Part shown: piece by piece, positions 1-13,865 of the stretch | Position numbering within the stretch: the stretch's first letter is position 1 | Layout: every line of letters begins with the position of its first letter | Assembly: GCA_964016885.1 (NCBI GenBank) | Contig: OZ024742.1 | Span: 297,104,001 to 297,168,000, forward strand | Source of the DNA: Eledone cirrhosa | Taxonomy: Eukaryota | Length of the DNA: 64,000 nucleotides | Reading direction: 5' to 3' | The notes under the pieces: generated by a model | Seen by the model: the letters and a program-made list of their open reading frames with translations, nothing else | The model's database searches: none | Told to the model about the DNA's origin: nothing | Translations under genes and position numbers: made by a program

Positions 1-85
1 ACATGCATGTTAATTTAACGGATAAGTTGTTCTGTTGATCAGACTACTGGAACTTTCATCATCAGAACCGGCAGAGTTCCAAGAC
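1..85 (+). mobile_element. SINE fragment (family C central domain)
   Basis: CATGTTAATT..GTTCTGTTGATCAGACTACTGGAAC..TCATCATCAGAAC; similar blocks at 43610-43655 (+) and 42400-42500 (-). Confidence 0.55.
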
Positions 86-735
86 ATTTAAATTGTCAGC
101 CAGGATCAGGACGGTTCTCTTTCATTGAATGTTACAGAACAACATTAAGTATTTAGATAGACGTTTCCGAATATGTTTATCTTTGGAAGTCTTTTAAATG
201 TCTGACTCGTCTCCTTTGAATAAGGCAATAACCGACATTAGCAGACATCCTTCAATCCTATCAATTCAAGCATGATAAGATTCGAATAAATGAAAGAATA
301 CATTTGAAGAATATTTTTTTTATTCTCTCAATTACTTAGAATTCTAAAACATGTTCAAATACAATAGAAATTATGAGTTGTGTGATGCCAACAATGACAT
401 ATAGGATTATAGAATTTGAAGAATAATTCATTAAAATCTGAGTCTTTGTTTGTGAATGTCTCTGCTATATCTTTTTTTTTATTGTGTGTATTATATGAAC
501 AAACACACACATACATAAATATATATGTTTATATATATATATATAAAATAATTAAGTCAAATATGTAAAATTTGGCTTCATTTATTATAAATTATAGATA
601 TACTGCTATATATATTTCGGTGACAGCCATCATTGACCGTCCGAATTGGTGTGGGAAAGACAGGTACACATGTTGTTGAAGTGTGTTTTACTCCATCAAT
701 ACATCGATATATATATATATATACATAAACACACG

Positions 736-777
<42 letters not shown>

Positions 778-789
778 TACTTCTAATGC

Positions 790-1075
790 CTAGGTTTTTC
801 CTTCAGTAGACTTGGGCTCCACCAGTCATACATACTGATATCTAGTAGAACATATTTCCTTTCTTTCCAGCCTTCACATATCCTCTAAATTCAGGGTGCC
901 TGACTCACTACCACTTAATATCACACTTCATACACATGAACCATACAGTCATATAAAGAAGCTCTTTTGTTGACAACAGAAGTTATAGTTCCCTGAACAT
1001 TTTCAACCACACCCTCATTCTGGTCACTATGCTTTCGGAACACCCACTGCCACTGGTGATTAAGTCTCCTAGAAG
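790..1075 (-). mobile_element. Degenerate RTE-clade LINE fragment
   Basis: Similar to 15770-15950 and 36280-36460 (TAGTTCCCTGAAC..TTC..CC; GAACACCCAC); many stops. Confidence 0.6.
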
Positions 1076-1146
1076 TTACCAACTTCTAATGAATATTGTG
1101 TACAACTGAAATATTCCATTGTCATATCTATTTTATTATAGGCTTT

Positions 1147-1341
1147 AGGGTGGTGGATTGGCAGTATCGGTAGAGGGTCTGATGCCATGCTTTGCAGCAA
1201 AGAGTTACGGCCCTTTATGGTCTGAGTTCAAATCCCGCTGAGGTTAACTTTGCCTTTTATCCTTACGGGGTCGATAAAATAAAGTACCAGTTATACACTG
1301 GAATAATTGCTGGCCTTGTGCCAAAAGTAGAAATAATTATA
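1147..1341 (+). mobile_element. tRNA-derived SINE, family A
   Basis: GGTGGATTGGCAG..., B-box GAGTTCAAATCCC, ..GGTCGATAAAATAAAGTACCAG, tail GGCCTTGTGCCAAAAGTAGAAA; more than 12 copies or fragments in the window. Confidence 0.8.
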
Positions 1342-2312
1342 GGCTTTAAACAAATTGGTTTGATAAATGTCCTTACGCATGAAACTCCTGAAGCTTCACC
1401 GCTATAATAAAATATATATTACTCTCTACATATATTGAATTTTGTTTCTCGCATTTGCACAACCAAACCTGTCAGGGATATAAATTTTGCTATTCAAAAA
1501 AAAAAACAGAATGTAAAAGTATCAATAATAAATATATTAAATAATAAATATATAAACACTGATTTAATTTCTTGGAGTATTTAATGAGAATTCATCTAGA
1601 TTTAGAAAACTATATATCTGTTATACCAGTGCATGAATTGATTTAATTGAAGTTATAAAATCTTACAAGAGTCCTGCTTTCGTGAAGTTTTCTATATGAT
1701 GAAAAATACACAAATAACACAAGAATCAAGATAAGAAAAAGCCAGAGAAAATATATAAAGGTTTTATAGAGCTTAATGTATTTTTAAAATCTGCTGTTTT
1801 CTAATTGACAAAGCTTATTTCTATGATAACAGTTAATGAGAAGTGGTTATAATTTATTATGTCTTCTGTGAAATCAGATAATGTAAAACATGGTTTGAAA
1901 TCACTTTAACAAACATAGTGTCAATGTAAAGATGTAATGAACAGGTTTCTACTGAAAATTCTAATTTGTTATTTAGGTAAAAGATTATATATCTTCCATT
2001 AATTAGAGCTTGCGAGCTTCATCAGCTGATGCATAAATACCATAAGCTTTTAGTTTATTTTCGTTTTATCAACAATGTGGAGTTAGCCTCTCTGAAAGAA
2101 CCAGAAATGATGTAGTTAGGGTACACTAGGGTCCTCTTCCTTGGTTGGTAAAAAAGAGTAGTGAAATTCGCTGCTTTTAAAATTCATAATGAGGATATAA
2201 AAATATTTATTTACATGAACATTTTATATATGATTTAAAATACAGCCCCAGTCACATATTAATCATGCTATATCAGCACACCACTAACTCTCTTGTATAT
2301 ACATATATATAT

Positions 2313-2463
2313 ATAAGCAAAGAGATATTTAATTTGCTGGTAATTCAACAAATTTATTTATTATAACAGATTCAAAGCACTCTACAAGTTTCCTGGAGTA
2401 TAATAACAATGATATTATAATAAATGGAAACTATATTTATAAAACCATATTTATTTTATTATA
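2313..2463 (-). mobile_element. Inverted pseudo-LTR terminus of the PLE family at 19903-23828
   Basis: Reverse complement resembles 23690-23830 (AAAGCACTC.ACAAG..GGAGTA..GATATTA.TAAATGGAAACTATATTTATAAAACCATATT); abuts (TA)n. Confidence 0.75.
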
Positions 2464-2472
2464 TATATTATA

Positions 2473-2545
2473 GTTGTGAGATCGATTCCTGGACCGGGCG
2501 ATACGTTATGTCCTTGAGCAAGACACTTTATTTCACGTTGCTCCT
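2473..2545 (+). mobile_element. SINE family B fragment
   Basis: GATCGATTCCTGGACCGGG..CCTTGAGCAAGACACTTTATTTCACGTTGCTCC matches 38745-38815 and 61915-61980. Confidence 0.7.
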
Positions 2546-2644
2546 TCTAATTGGAGTTGTGACCGATGTACTAGTAACTGGAAAGACCGATGAAAACATT
2601 GTTTCCTCGGTCCGATTTGACGAAAGTCGATCGATCCTTTATAT

Positions 2645-2975
2645 TATATTATATAGGAGCCACTTCTACAAAATTTAAAGAACGCTGGTATAATCATAAA
2701 CATACATTTAATAGGTCCAATAAAAAATGTTCCACATCAATTTCGCATCTAATTTGGCACTTAAAGGACAATAATATTGACTATTCAATCTCTTGGGGAA
2801 CGATTTCGAAAGCACCCGCATACCGAAATATGGCTTTCTCAAGAATCTGTCATTTGTGTATTGAAGAAATTTTTTATATACTCACCTGCCAAAATTCTAT
2901 CAACCTATAAATAAAATTATTCAGTTCCTGCAGACATCGTCAAAAAATGACTTTCCGAAGTATTTATAATCTATA
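2645..2975 (+). pseudogene. PLE GIY-YIG endonuclease C-terminal remnant
   Basis: YYIGATSTKFKERWYNHK..SISHLIWHLK..CHLCIEE.., then SCRHR after a stop; homologous to the C-terminus of the 20113 ORF. Confidence 0.85.
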
Positions 2976-3400
2976 GTATAGTATATAATTCACTTATTCA
3001 CATTCTATATGTCTTCACTATTCTTCTGTCAATGTTTAGTTATGAGTTTTAAATGATTTTTTCTTTTTCTTTTTATGTAATATATTTCTTACAAATGATA
3101 TTCATTTCCAATTGATTTCCTTTATATTTTTATATTTTTATATTTTTTAATTAATATTTCTTAATTCATATTTTGAAATATATCCTTTTTTCGTGATAGT
3201 TTTCTAAATACACTTGAGGTCTCTAATAATATTTTCCTTCCTAATTGACTATATAGATAATATCTAAATACATATATAAAAGAAATTCTCATCTTTGAAA
3301 ACATGTAATATAAAATACCTTATAATCATACATAAAATAATATATAAAATTTTCTCCACATACATTTTAAGTAAATTCTAAAATCTAACGTAAATAGTGC

Positions 3401-3448
<48 letters not shown>

Positions 3449-3798
3449 CGTCATCGTCCTCATCACAGATAAATGTCTATATTCCTCGCCTGCATAGGCT
3501 AGCTGGCTGTCACATGCTAAAGTTAGGTGACCAGATCCTGCTCATGTTTTGTTTTGGATTGGTTTCTATGGGTATGTGCCTTTCTATCACCAATTGCTGT
3601 GCAGTATGTCAGCAAATTTATATGTATATATATGTTCCAAATTCATTGACAGAGTTGAAAACTTAAACACAAAGCAGCCAATGACATCAATGATAAGACT
3701 AAGGACAGAAAAGAACTTTTGCTGTATATTTCAAATATGCCCAACACTCTGTCTCAATAATTTTTGAAACACCGACTGTTTGTTAATACACACACACT

Positions 3799-3869
<71 letters not shown>

Positions 3870-3873
<4 letters not shown>

Positions 3874-4243
3874 CATCATCATCATCATCACCGTTTTACG
3901 TCCGTTCTTCCGCGCTAGCATGGGTTAGACAGGTTGTCCTGTTGCGGGTTTGGTCGGCTGACCTTGTCTTGCTCATACGGGAACTGATTCTGGCTTGATT
4001 TCTACAGCTGGATGCCCTTCCTAACACCAACCTCATTTACAGTGAGTGCTGGGTGCTTTTTTTCCATGGCACCTACATGTCCACTTTACAGTCCTATCAT
4101 CCCATTTCTACAGCTGAGTAAACTGGAGCAATGTGAAATAAAGTGTCTTGCTCAAGGAAACAACACATCACCCGGTCTAAGAATAGAACTCACAATCTTT
4201 CGATTGCAAGCCCAATGCTCTAACCAATAAGCCATGTGCCTCC
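3870..4243 (-). mobile_element. SINE family B: tRNA head + central domain + RTE-derived 3' tail ending in (GAT)n
   Basis: Head GGCACATGGCTTATTGGTTAGAGC on -; 3870-4090 is near-identical to the RTE 3' end at 35593-35800. Confidence 0.8.
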
Positions 4244-4693
4244 TTATATAAAAGAAAATCACCCTCCCACCTGACTTAATGGAGGGGTGTGGATCACTGA
4301 GCATTTGCAGAAACATATATTCAAATTTTCCAAAAGAGCACATGAATAACCATTTCTTTTAAATATTCAATGTTTAACACCTAATATTTGATAAGATTGT
4401 TTTACCAATCTAATGCAACAATTATAAATTTATTCATACTCTCAGATTAACGAAAAAATAATCTTTAAATATATTTCTGTGCATTTTCACCTTAACCTTT
4501 TGACTATATATATATAGGTTATTTAATTGAGGAAGATGTGGTTACTTGTGGTGTGCTGTTCATAGCACTTGATGTTTAAATGTGGATCACACTCTGAGGA
4601 GATATCAAAGAAGAGCTGGGCTTCAATCACTTTGATTGTAATATGCAAATAAAGTTTGTACACAAGCTGCAAATCTGACTTCAAATAGTTTAG

Positions 4694-4728
<35 letters not shown>

Positions 4729-6260
4729 CGTGTGTATGTGTGTTTGTGTGTTTGTATATATGTTAATTGTAGGTTTAGTTATAATCCCAATAAAGACATC
4801 CCACAGCTGAGGTGATTCTTTACATATTTTCTATCAACTATGTTTAAACAAGTCATTTTGTTTAAAATGGTATCTAAAGTTATATATTTTCTTGCGCATT
4901 TCTTAGGAAAATAAAGTAATTCATTGAATGGAAGGACAAGTTAAAATTGGTGAAAGATAGCAAAACAGCCAGATAAAATAGTAAATCTATTTTTAACACA
5001 CAGCTTATAAACGGCTGCTTTGAAATGATCAAACCAGGGACATTTATTGCAGGACATTAAAAAACCTCTATTTATATATGTATGCTCATGTGATGTTGAC
5101 AGTTACAAGAACAAGTACTGAATACTGAAGTAGAATTTAATAATATTCTTTATGGCTAATTCATCTTATAAGTAGAGATGCAGAACTCCAGAGTAACATC
5201 ACATAGCCATGACAAAGAATATTATATATAAATATTTACATAACAATATGCATAATTAAGTGAAGCAATGTGTTCCTATTACTTGCATTACACATGGTGG
5301 AATAAGAAGCAAATGCATTTTCAAAGTTATGAGATATGTTTTAGCTATATAAAAGATAATCTCCATATGGTTTTTTAATTTGTAACTTCCTTTTTCGTTT
5401 CTCTGATTTAAAACACTGCCTTGAGGTAAAGAGCTTCTACTGTCTTAAAAATATTGAAAATACTCTATATCAGAAAATGTGACTGTGATATTATACACAT
5501 TAAGCCAGGTTTATATATATATATATACACATGTGTGAGCATATACATATATATATATATGCACACATATGTATATGTGTGTAGTCAGGAAATTTCTACA
5601 TTGTAAGATGTTGAAAGAGCTTGACAATCAAAGATACTTCACACACTTTGAAGATATTTTCAATCTTTTCAAACAACTTGAACAAGAATTCTTGCAAGCA
5701 CACAGCAACGAAACCTTTTGATCTTCCATTCAGCTGAAGCCTGCATTCAGAAAACAAAGGTGATAGAATCTATGTTTGGTATTCTTATTGACTTTACAGT
5801 TAATAAAATATATAGTTACACAAAAAGTAATTATTTTTTGCTCGGATAACTTTGTCTGAATTAAATGTTTCCAGCAGTGCTTTTAAATATTAAAAAAAAC
5901 AAGTTTCCAAAGTATTTTTTAGCATCCACATCTTTGGTGCATATCAAATAATCTTCAAATATGACATAGGTGAGATGGCTCTGAAGTAGTGTTTTCCTTC
6001 AATGGAACACTTTAAGCTTTATCTTCTTAACATTATATCAAATTTATTTCAAATTCTCTTTGACAACTTCTATCCAACGTTTACAACCAGCAGATCACAT
6101 TAAATTTGTTTTTGGTTAACTTTCTCAAGTCTTCCAAATTTTGGTATCTTCTATTATGTATTAGAGTGTATATCTATAAATTTTAATCGACACTACATGT
6201 GTTAGACTGATGTAATACATTGTCTTAATACTCAGTCTCTTTATGGACAGAAATAGATAG

Positions 6261-6495
6261 AGCAGCCAGACTAGTTTCAATCCTCTGTTAGGATTTCATT
6301 GGTGACTGAATAACTGCTTTATCAGTCCCCAGAGACACCGTTTATAAGCCCACAATTGATTAAGTCTTATCATACAATTTACTTTCACCTGAAACAGTAG
6401 TAAATTTATGAGCAGCAGCAATGTCTGTATGGACTGTTAAAGTAAAAATTCTGTAGCAAATGAAATCCAAATACATGATTGAAACTAGTTCAAGT
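6261..6495. ncRNA. Inverted pair of degenerate minimal hammerhead motifs (old pLTR remnant)
   Basis: Minus 6263-6308: CAGTCA-CCAATGA-AATCC..GGATT-GAAA-CTAG-TC-TGGCTG; plus ~6457-6491: AATGAAATCC..GATTGAAACTAGTTC; core mutated. Confidence 0.4.
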
Positions 6496-7567
6496 TGATC
6501 CAGATTTATTATTCATGAACCGATTAAAAATGAAAATGTGTTATATCTGTATATGACATACAGTGCTGGCTAAAAATCAATAATTATATTCTGTAGTACA
6601 TAACATTGAAACAAAACACTACTGATGCAATAGTAATATAATTAAAGAGGGGGTGCCTAGACTCCTGAAGAATAGAAATTCTTTAACCCTTAACCCTTTG
6701 TATTGATGTGGTAGAACATACTTTTTAAAAAATAGGTATTTTAATTCAAATGTTTATTGTATCTTTACTATTGGGCAGATTGTTTGAAAAATGTGCAGTC
6801 TTAAATTAAATATTATACTTTTGTTTGTAGTGTAGTGCAGTCATAGATCTATTTTATACTTTTTGATAATGTCTTATTAATATGGTTTCATGTGTTACAG
6901 GACAAAAGAGTTAATAAAGGTGTGGCCAGGAGTAATTTTGCTTGGTTGTAATTGATTGATGTTAATTTTGTAGGTAAAGATTAGCAGAGAGCAGAAGTCA
7001 GCTTCTGAAACATCTAAGCTTTATTGCTAGATGTAACAATTCCACTTCAATTATATTAATGATGAGAGATCCTCTGTTAGTTGGGATGATGACTATTTAG
7101 CTATTCAATCAACTGAACATCTAACTCATGAATTAATGTGTAAGTAACTGAGTATTCCAAAGATGTGTGTATCATAACATAATTCCAAAACCGAATCAGT
7201 GTGATACAAATGGGGAGTGGGAAGAGGGAGAGTGATTGGGCACTGGGCCTTGGGCGTGGCAATAATGGGGCTGCACCCTGTGGACAAGACAACAAAAAAA
7301 AATGATTTGTCTTTTTCTATTAAATTGTTTTTACTATTATAAACATCAATTTACTACTGTAAATACATTGTATATAAACCTAAAAAAAATATATATGACA
7401 AGGCTAGACCTTTAAATTACAGATATAATCCATCTGAGAGGCTTTCCCATAGTTTTTGTCTAATCAGTTTCCTCCACAATACTTTCTTGGATCCAAAACT
7501 ATAAAGTGGAACTGAATCCAGACTTCGTCATTGTAAAATGAACTTCTTAGCCATTGAGCCATAATAC

Positions 7568-7760
7568 CAGACTTGTCAACTCTCCCCATCCAATAGAGAG
7601 ATTTGCAGTAGCTTTTGGGGTGGGTGAGAGATGTCTTCTCTTGTGAAAATGAATATAGCTTTCATTATGTAAATCTCCCCATTTTGCCTCATTTCTCCCA
7701 GTTTTGGGTCACTTTTTTCATGGTACTCCTCGTTTGGGTTTTTAGAAGTTGGCAGGTCTG
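7568..7760. mobile_element. MITE with 14-bp TIRs and 6-bp TSD (hAT-like)
   Basis: CAGACTTGTCAACT ... AGTTGGCAGGTCTG; TAATAC on both sides (7562-7567, 7761-7766). Confidence 0.65.
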
Positions 7761-10621
7761 TAATACTCCCATGGAATATAAATGTTAAAATGTTCACTTT
7801 ACTTTGTTTAGCATCTATCAAATTTCATATGTTTAACAAGCAAATATGAATATCGAGATTTCATAATCTAGTTTTGGAGAGAAATTTCAAGGGAAAAGAT
7901 TATATGTTTACACTATTTATGGTGAGATAAAGAAACTTTTGTGGAGAAATATTGTTGGGAACAGTCGTATAATGAGGGGAATTTATCTCTTAATTATCTC
8001 ACTTTAAGTTTCCGTTCTACTGCTTTTGTTCTGATTACATCTTAACAGCTGTTCATAGCAGTTAACTAACCAATTCACATTATTCATCTCATTATATGAC
8101 TACCCAATGTTTGCTCAGTAACAAAATCTAAAATGTTTAATTTTCTACGTTTAAACTCATTTGGTTTCTCAATTTGACATTTACACTAAACCAAAAGTGA
8201 AATATATTTCAGCCTTGTTGCTAGAATTATATAATACAAATGTAGAAGAGTTCTATCTAGAAAATGGGATATAGTAAAATAAAAAAAAAATAAAAAAAAT
8301 ACTGAACAAAAACCCTACCAGAAAAGAAAAACATTGGAGAAAATACTTAATAAAGAATAAACTAAAAATACATATTCAAATTCTGTATTATATTCACTAT
8401 GTGATGTGATTTTTCTGATAGGTTGAAGAATTTGTCCTAGGTTATTTTGGCTAGTAAGGTTTTTGTTTGTTGAAGATTAGGTCTCATTGGCCTTTTGTTT
8501 GGTGAGGATTTTATCATAAACCAACAGAAAACAATCATTTTCCTTAAATATATGGATTTCAAACAATTTAGATTTAGTTAATAATAATAAATGTGATCTT
8601 TAGTGGTAAACTTAGCTTGTGACATGGCTTAACACCAACACTCCATTCTTGGGCAGTTAGAATGTGTGTGAATTTTCCCTTGAAATCTCTTCTTATTTAT
8701 AAGTGCTTTATAAAGGTAGGTGATGATGGGGGAAGTGGGGTTCAACAGATCAGTATTCACTTGATTTAAATAGAAAGCTTTGTTTTATTGTGAATAGAAA
8801 AGGAACTATTTTTAAGTCCGGGTGTGAGACGTCTCTTCCAGTGTATCAACAGATTACTAATTTGTTCTGATTTGCTTTGAATTGTCCCAGATATTATATT
8901 AATGAAAATAGTTTAACCTAAAAGTGAGAAATGAGAATTTTGCATGAAATCTCTACTTGATGTTGAGAGAAAATATATATTAATGAAATTGGTTTGTTAA
9001 TTTGTTTACATAAAAAATGTTATGCGTGTGTTTGATAAATGTTTGGCTGCTGTTTCTAACATATTTACAGACAGTTGAGCTTTCTGATTTAGTGAAGCAA
9101 TTCAGACTTTTATAGGCTAAAACATTTTGCAGTATCGAAACACCTGTTAGAATTATTGATAAATATTAATAAATTAAATATTGGATATCAGCATCTCTGC
9201 TTCCGTGATCTTTCAACAACATCTTACCTACACACACACACATATATGTATATATATATTAGTACATTGGAGTTGTATTTGCCCTTAGGCAGTACAAATG
9301 AAAATCCTATACGGTCGTTGATGTAAAAAAGAAATCCTTGGCAACAAAGTGGACTCAAATATGATATTAGAGGGAAACACCAGGAATAAAATTCTGACTG
9401 CATGTATGCCAATAGATAACAACAATAATATATATATATATAGAATAGGCTTCTGTGCATTTTCTGTCAACCAAATCTCACTCATAAGGCAGTGGTCAAT
9501 GTGAAGTTATAGTGAAAGACACTCAAGCTGTAACACATTGAGACTGTATCAGAGAACCTGTGGTTTCAAAATGTACATTTCAACCACAAATCTATGCTTG
9601 ATATTTAAAGCATGTCTTTATCATCCTCTTAAATAACCTTATGTTATAAATATACCCTAAAAGATTAATTAGTGTAAATCCTTGATCAAGAATGAAACAG
9701 AATGATTGCATTACATCTGTGAATTATATAATAATTGATAAAGCCAGTTGTGTTTGTGAATTATGTGTATGCATTTTATGTATTCCAGCAATGAGAATGA
9801 ACAAACCAGTAACTTCCTGTATGCTTCAAAGTAAATTGCGATATGTTAGTATTGATATAGGCTTCACCAATTGAATAATCAATGTTTTCATGGTAATGCA
9901 GGCTGTATTCAGAAAACAGTTGAACTTCTTACAACATTAAATAGAATTGAAATTATTTCTTCCTTTCATGAAGTTCTTATTTATTCCTTCACCTACATTG
10001 ATAATTTCTATTAGTGGTTTTCTTAAGCTTTTCAGTCCAACTTTCTAACTATTCATGAATTAAAAGGCTAGGTAATAATTCATCTCTGAAATATATAAAG
10101 CTTTTGATGTTATAGGATTTATCCAGTCACAGATAAACTTCATTCGTAAAATGAAAAATAAAAAGCAGTAGAAGAAAACGAATGAAATAGCAGAATCTTT
10201 GATAACGTTTGCTCTGAAAGAATAAATGGTGATTAAGCTAAAATAAGTCAGTAATAATAATCAGCACTGAAGAAGCATAACATAACAGACTGATAGAGAT
10301 ATATTGATGGCATTCATAACTGTAAGAAATCAAATAAAACATAATAATGTATCAGAGAATCTAAATGAATAATGCTATAAAGTAACTCTAAATCCAATAA
10401 CAGTGGTAGAATGAAAGAGAGTTATCAATAGGAGGTATAACAATAATTGCAAGCTTATTATGCAATACAAAGATAAAACGAATGAACACAAACACTGAAC
10501 CAAAACTTGAAATAGAATTACTAATATTATTTTATGGAACAAATGCCATTACATTTTAGTATATAACGGTTGATAATATAATGTTTAACAGGAAAGTGTG
10601 TTATATGCCTGTCTGTCTCTT

Positions 10622-10663
<42 letters not shown>

Positions 10664-12489
10664 TATACACACACATCATCATCATTCATCATCATTTCAT
10701 TTTACATCCACTTTTCCCTGCTTGCAAGGGTGAGACGGGAATATATATCATAAATGCATGTAGACATAGATAAACATGAGAGCTGATGGCTGAGAAGACA
10801 CAAAGAAGAGGTTGTCACTCGTGCTATACATACAAACTCCTTAGTGTAGGGATGTTGATAACTTTATATATTGGGATGAAAAGAACTCTGATATTCAAAT
10901 GAAGTAAAACTTCACTAGAGGCATCAGGTGAGGTTTGGGTTTGATTGTTGGAACATACACCAACAACTGCTTTCAACAACTGTCTTATTGGGCTACATTA
11001 GTGAAGCTTAACCTTGTATAGTTATATCTGTTTTAATAAGTTCAGTTTCAAATTGAATTCATAGCATAATTATTATTATTTGTTATAATTATTCATGTAA
11101 TTAATTTGTTTTTGTACTCCAAAAACACCTTACAGATTTACTCAAGAAACTATCACAACTACTGACTTACAAATGTAATCAAAAACATGTTAATGCACCC
11201 AGGAAACTTTGTCAGAACTACTGACTTACACTGAAGATATACATTCTTGATTAAGTAATATTAATGTAATCATTATCTGGCACATTCAGTGTCATCATCA
11301 TAATTTTCTTGCCTACATTTCCATGCAAGTATTGGCTGGATGGGAGTTTTGAGGCAATATTTTATGGCTGGATTTCTTTCCTAACACCAACATTTTTACT
11401 CATCTCTTATAACAAACAGGAATGTATTGCACTGTCTCAAACCCAGGAAAAAAGTCCCAGACAGAAAGTCTACAGGAGGAAAAGCCACATCAAGCTAATG
11501 ATAAATTCTTCAGAGCGTTAGTAGATGTTTTTCTCTGCTGGCCATTAGAAGCTTCTGTCAGGGCTGACACTAGTATTAGGGTTAATTAGACAGAAGTGTA
11601 GGGCATAGGCCTCAGAGAAGCTCATTACTGAACTGTAAAAGATTGCAGTATTATACATATTGTATACTAAATTTGTAAACTAAAACATAATAATTTCTTG
11701 CAATTGATAAATAACTCACTAAACATCTTTGTTATATAGCAGTATTGTGGAGATATTGAATGTGGTGGAGAAGGTTGTATAGTGTTAAAACCTATCAGGA
11801 TTTTGTGGGGATGTGTGTGGACTGTATTTGGTAATTTTACTTGGTAGAATGAAGCACAACTTGTACAGCTAGCCTAAGGTGCCAAATTCTCAGGTTAAGA
11901 TCTGCCTTCCACTATTGATGGCAGCTTTATATTGGAGGAAATAGGAAGAGTTCACTTCATTTTATACCAGAGGTTTATCTTCTTTCTGAATAACTATGTT
12001 ATTCTTTTATTTTACTACAAGCAGCAGACAGAATCTTTCCCATTAGTCTTTGAGATGTAAGATTAAACAGCTTACTTTCATAATACATAATTATTTGGTT
12101 TAAATAGTTCAACTTATAATCTCTCTGTCAACATAAATCATTTACTTCAAATGAGAAGCAAACCTAATTAATGAACAATTAAGTAGTTACACTATTTTTA
12201 TTACTGATGGTTAGATGGTTGAAAGATTAGAAATAAATAAGAACATTGACATTACAATATCAAAAAGATATAAAAGGTTTGAAACACTTCTCTCAGACAA
12301 AGCTTCTAACAAGCTTACTCATACGTTAGGAAGGCCAAACTAGAAGAAACAACATATTTAATTGGACCAAACTCAATACTATTTAGCCTGATGTTTTATA
12401 TCACTGAATCAAAATTAAAAAAAACGTCACAGGAAAAACATTTTATTTAATTATTATGAAAAGGTAGGGTATTTAAAATGCTGGAAATT

Positions 12490-13010
12490 TCCTTATATAC
12501 ACAAATATAAGTTGACCCTCTATTTTATATCTGAGAAATGAGCAAAAATCCAAACCACATGTTGAGGTTGATACACCTAATCAACTCATTATGTTCATGA
12601 GTCATTATTTTAAAATTCTCATGAATGGAGAATATATTTATGAAATTTTAATATTTTCATATTTAAAATGTTGTTTAGAGTATTTATTTTTTGTTTCAGA
12701 ATACCATTACGTAATGATTTTTACCGTTTCATCCATTTTATAGAGTTTCAACAAGTTTTTCAAATTTTTGTTAACTTCTGGTCACTCACATGCTAGGAAT
12801 ACTTTGTTATTTTTTTTAGCAAACAACAATAGTGGTGTCACTGAAATGTAACACATCTTTTATTTAATATATACATCAAATGGAATGAGTGCCTGAAAAA
12901 AAACTTGGAAATTATTAAATGCTATACATGTATTAAAACTTTAGGTAGATTTTTACAATTACACCTGCCACGTGCCAGCACAACCCCTTCCTCAGTTAAC
13001 TAAAATGTGA
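12490..13010 (+). mobile_element. Non-autonomous DNA transposon fragment (same family as 46318-47378)
   Basis: GAAATGAGCAAAAATCCAAACC..AAATTCTCATGA.TGGAGAATATATT shared with 46390-46500. Confidence 0.65.
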
Positions 13011-13699
13011 ATAATTTCTGATAAATGTCTAAATTTATTTATGGTAAAAACTGTATAAATATGATATTATTTACAGTAACAATAATGGTTTCTTATATAG
13101 GCAGAAGGCCAGCAATTTTGGGGGAGGGGAAAGTCGATTAAATCGACCCCAGTGCGTGACTGGTACTTTATTTATCGAAAAGAAAAAGTATACCTCTTCA
13201 ATCTTATTGCTCTTGAGTTTGTTTTGATCAAGATTTTTCTTACTTGTAATGTGGTCTTGCAAACATATCTACAAAATTATTCCAACAATTTTATATCTTT
13301 TTGATAAGTAAAGTCAGTATTCTAATTTATTCTCAATCTTTCTACTATCCACAACTTTGATTGTTTAGTAATCAAATTTGCTTGTCATTTAGAGTTAGTG
13401 ATTTTTATTGACAGACAGATTATAAGTTAAACTATTTAAACCAAATAATTAAGTACTATGAAAATAAACTATTTAATCTCAGAAACTAATGGGCAAAGAT
13501 TCTATCCTCTGCTTAAAAGTGATATAAAAACAACAATTATTCTGAAAGGAAATAAACTTCTGGAACTAACCAGATAATGTTTATATTAATATCACTTAGT
13601 CAAGAATGTATAATATTTGTTATGTAAGTTGTTTTGACGAAGTATACAGAGTGCGTTTATAAAATGTTTATATATTGCCAAAAACAGAAATAATGTTTC

Positions 13700-13865
13700 A
13701 TGCTGCCAATAAGAACACAAGTATCTGTTGATTTTCACTTCAATTTATTATAAATTTTCAGTTGGTTGGTTTGATAACCAGATGGTTGTTTATATATTAT
13801 CAAAGCTTTTTCATCACACATTCTGTGACCTCCTCAGAGACTGGGTTTTTATTTTGTGTCTCTCA
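13700..13865 (-). mobile_element. HHR-bearing pLTR-like repeat (same family as 24350-24650)
   Basis: Minus ~13798-13841: CTGAGGA-G-GTCACAGAATGTGTGAT-GAAA-AAGC-TT; flanks match 24435-24610. Confidence 0.65.

Noticed and set aside
1147-1240. tRNA genes at SINE heads
   Set aside because: A/B boxes only; no cloverleaf, and they continue into SINE bodies
2005-2032. CTGATGA + short hairpin on - strand as hammerhead
   Set aside because: No GAAA or stem III follows
3397-3998. YIYIYI-type ORFs (also 19711, 33426, 52755, 55670)
   Set aside because: (TA)n microsatellite translations
5590-6170. Possible decayed PLE coding sequence next to the degenerate HHR pair
   Set aside because: No diagnostic motif recoverable by eye
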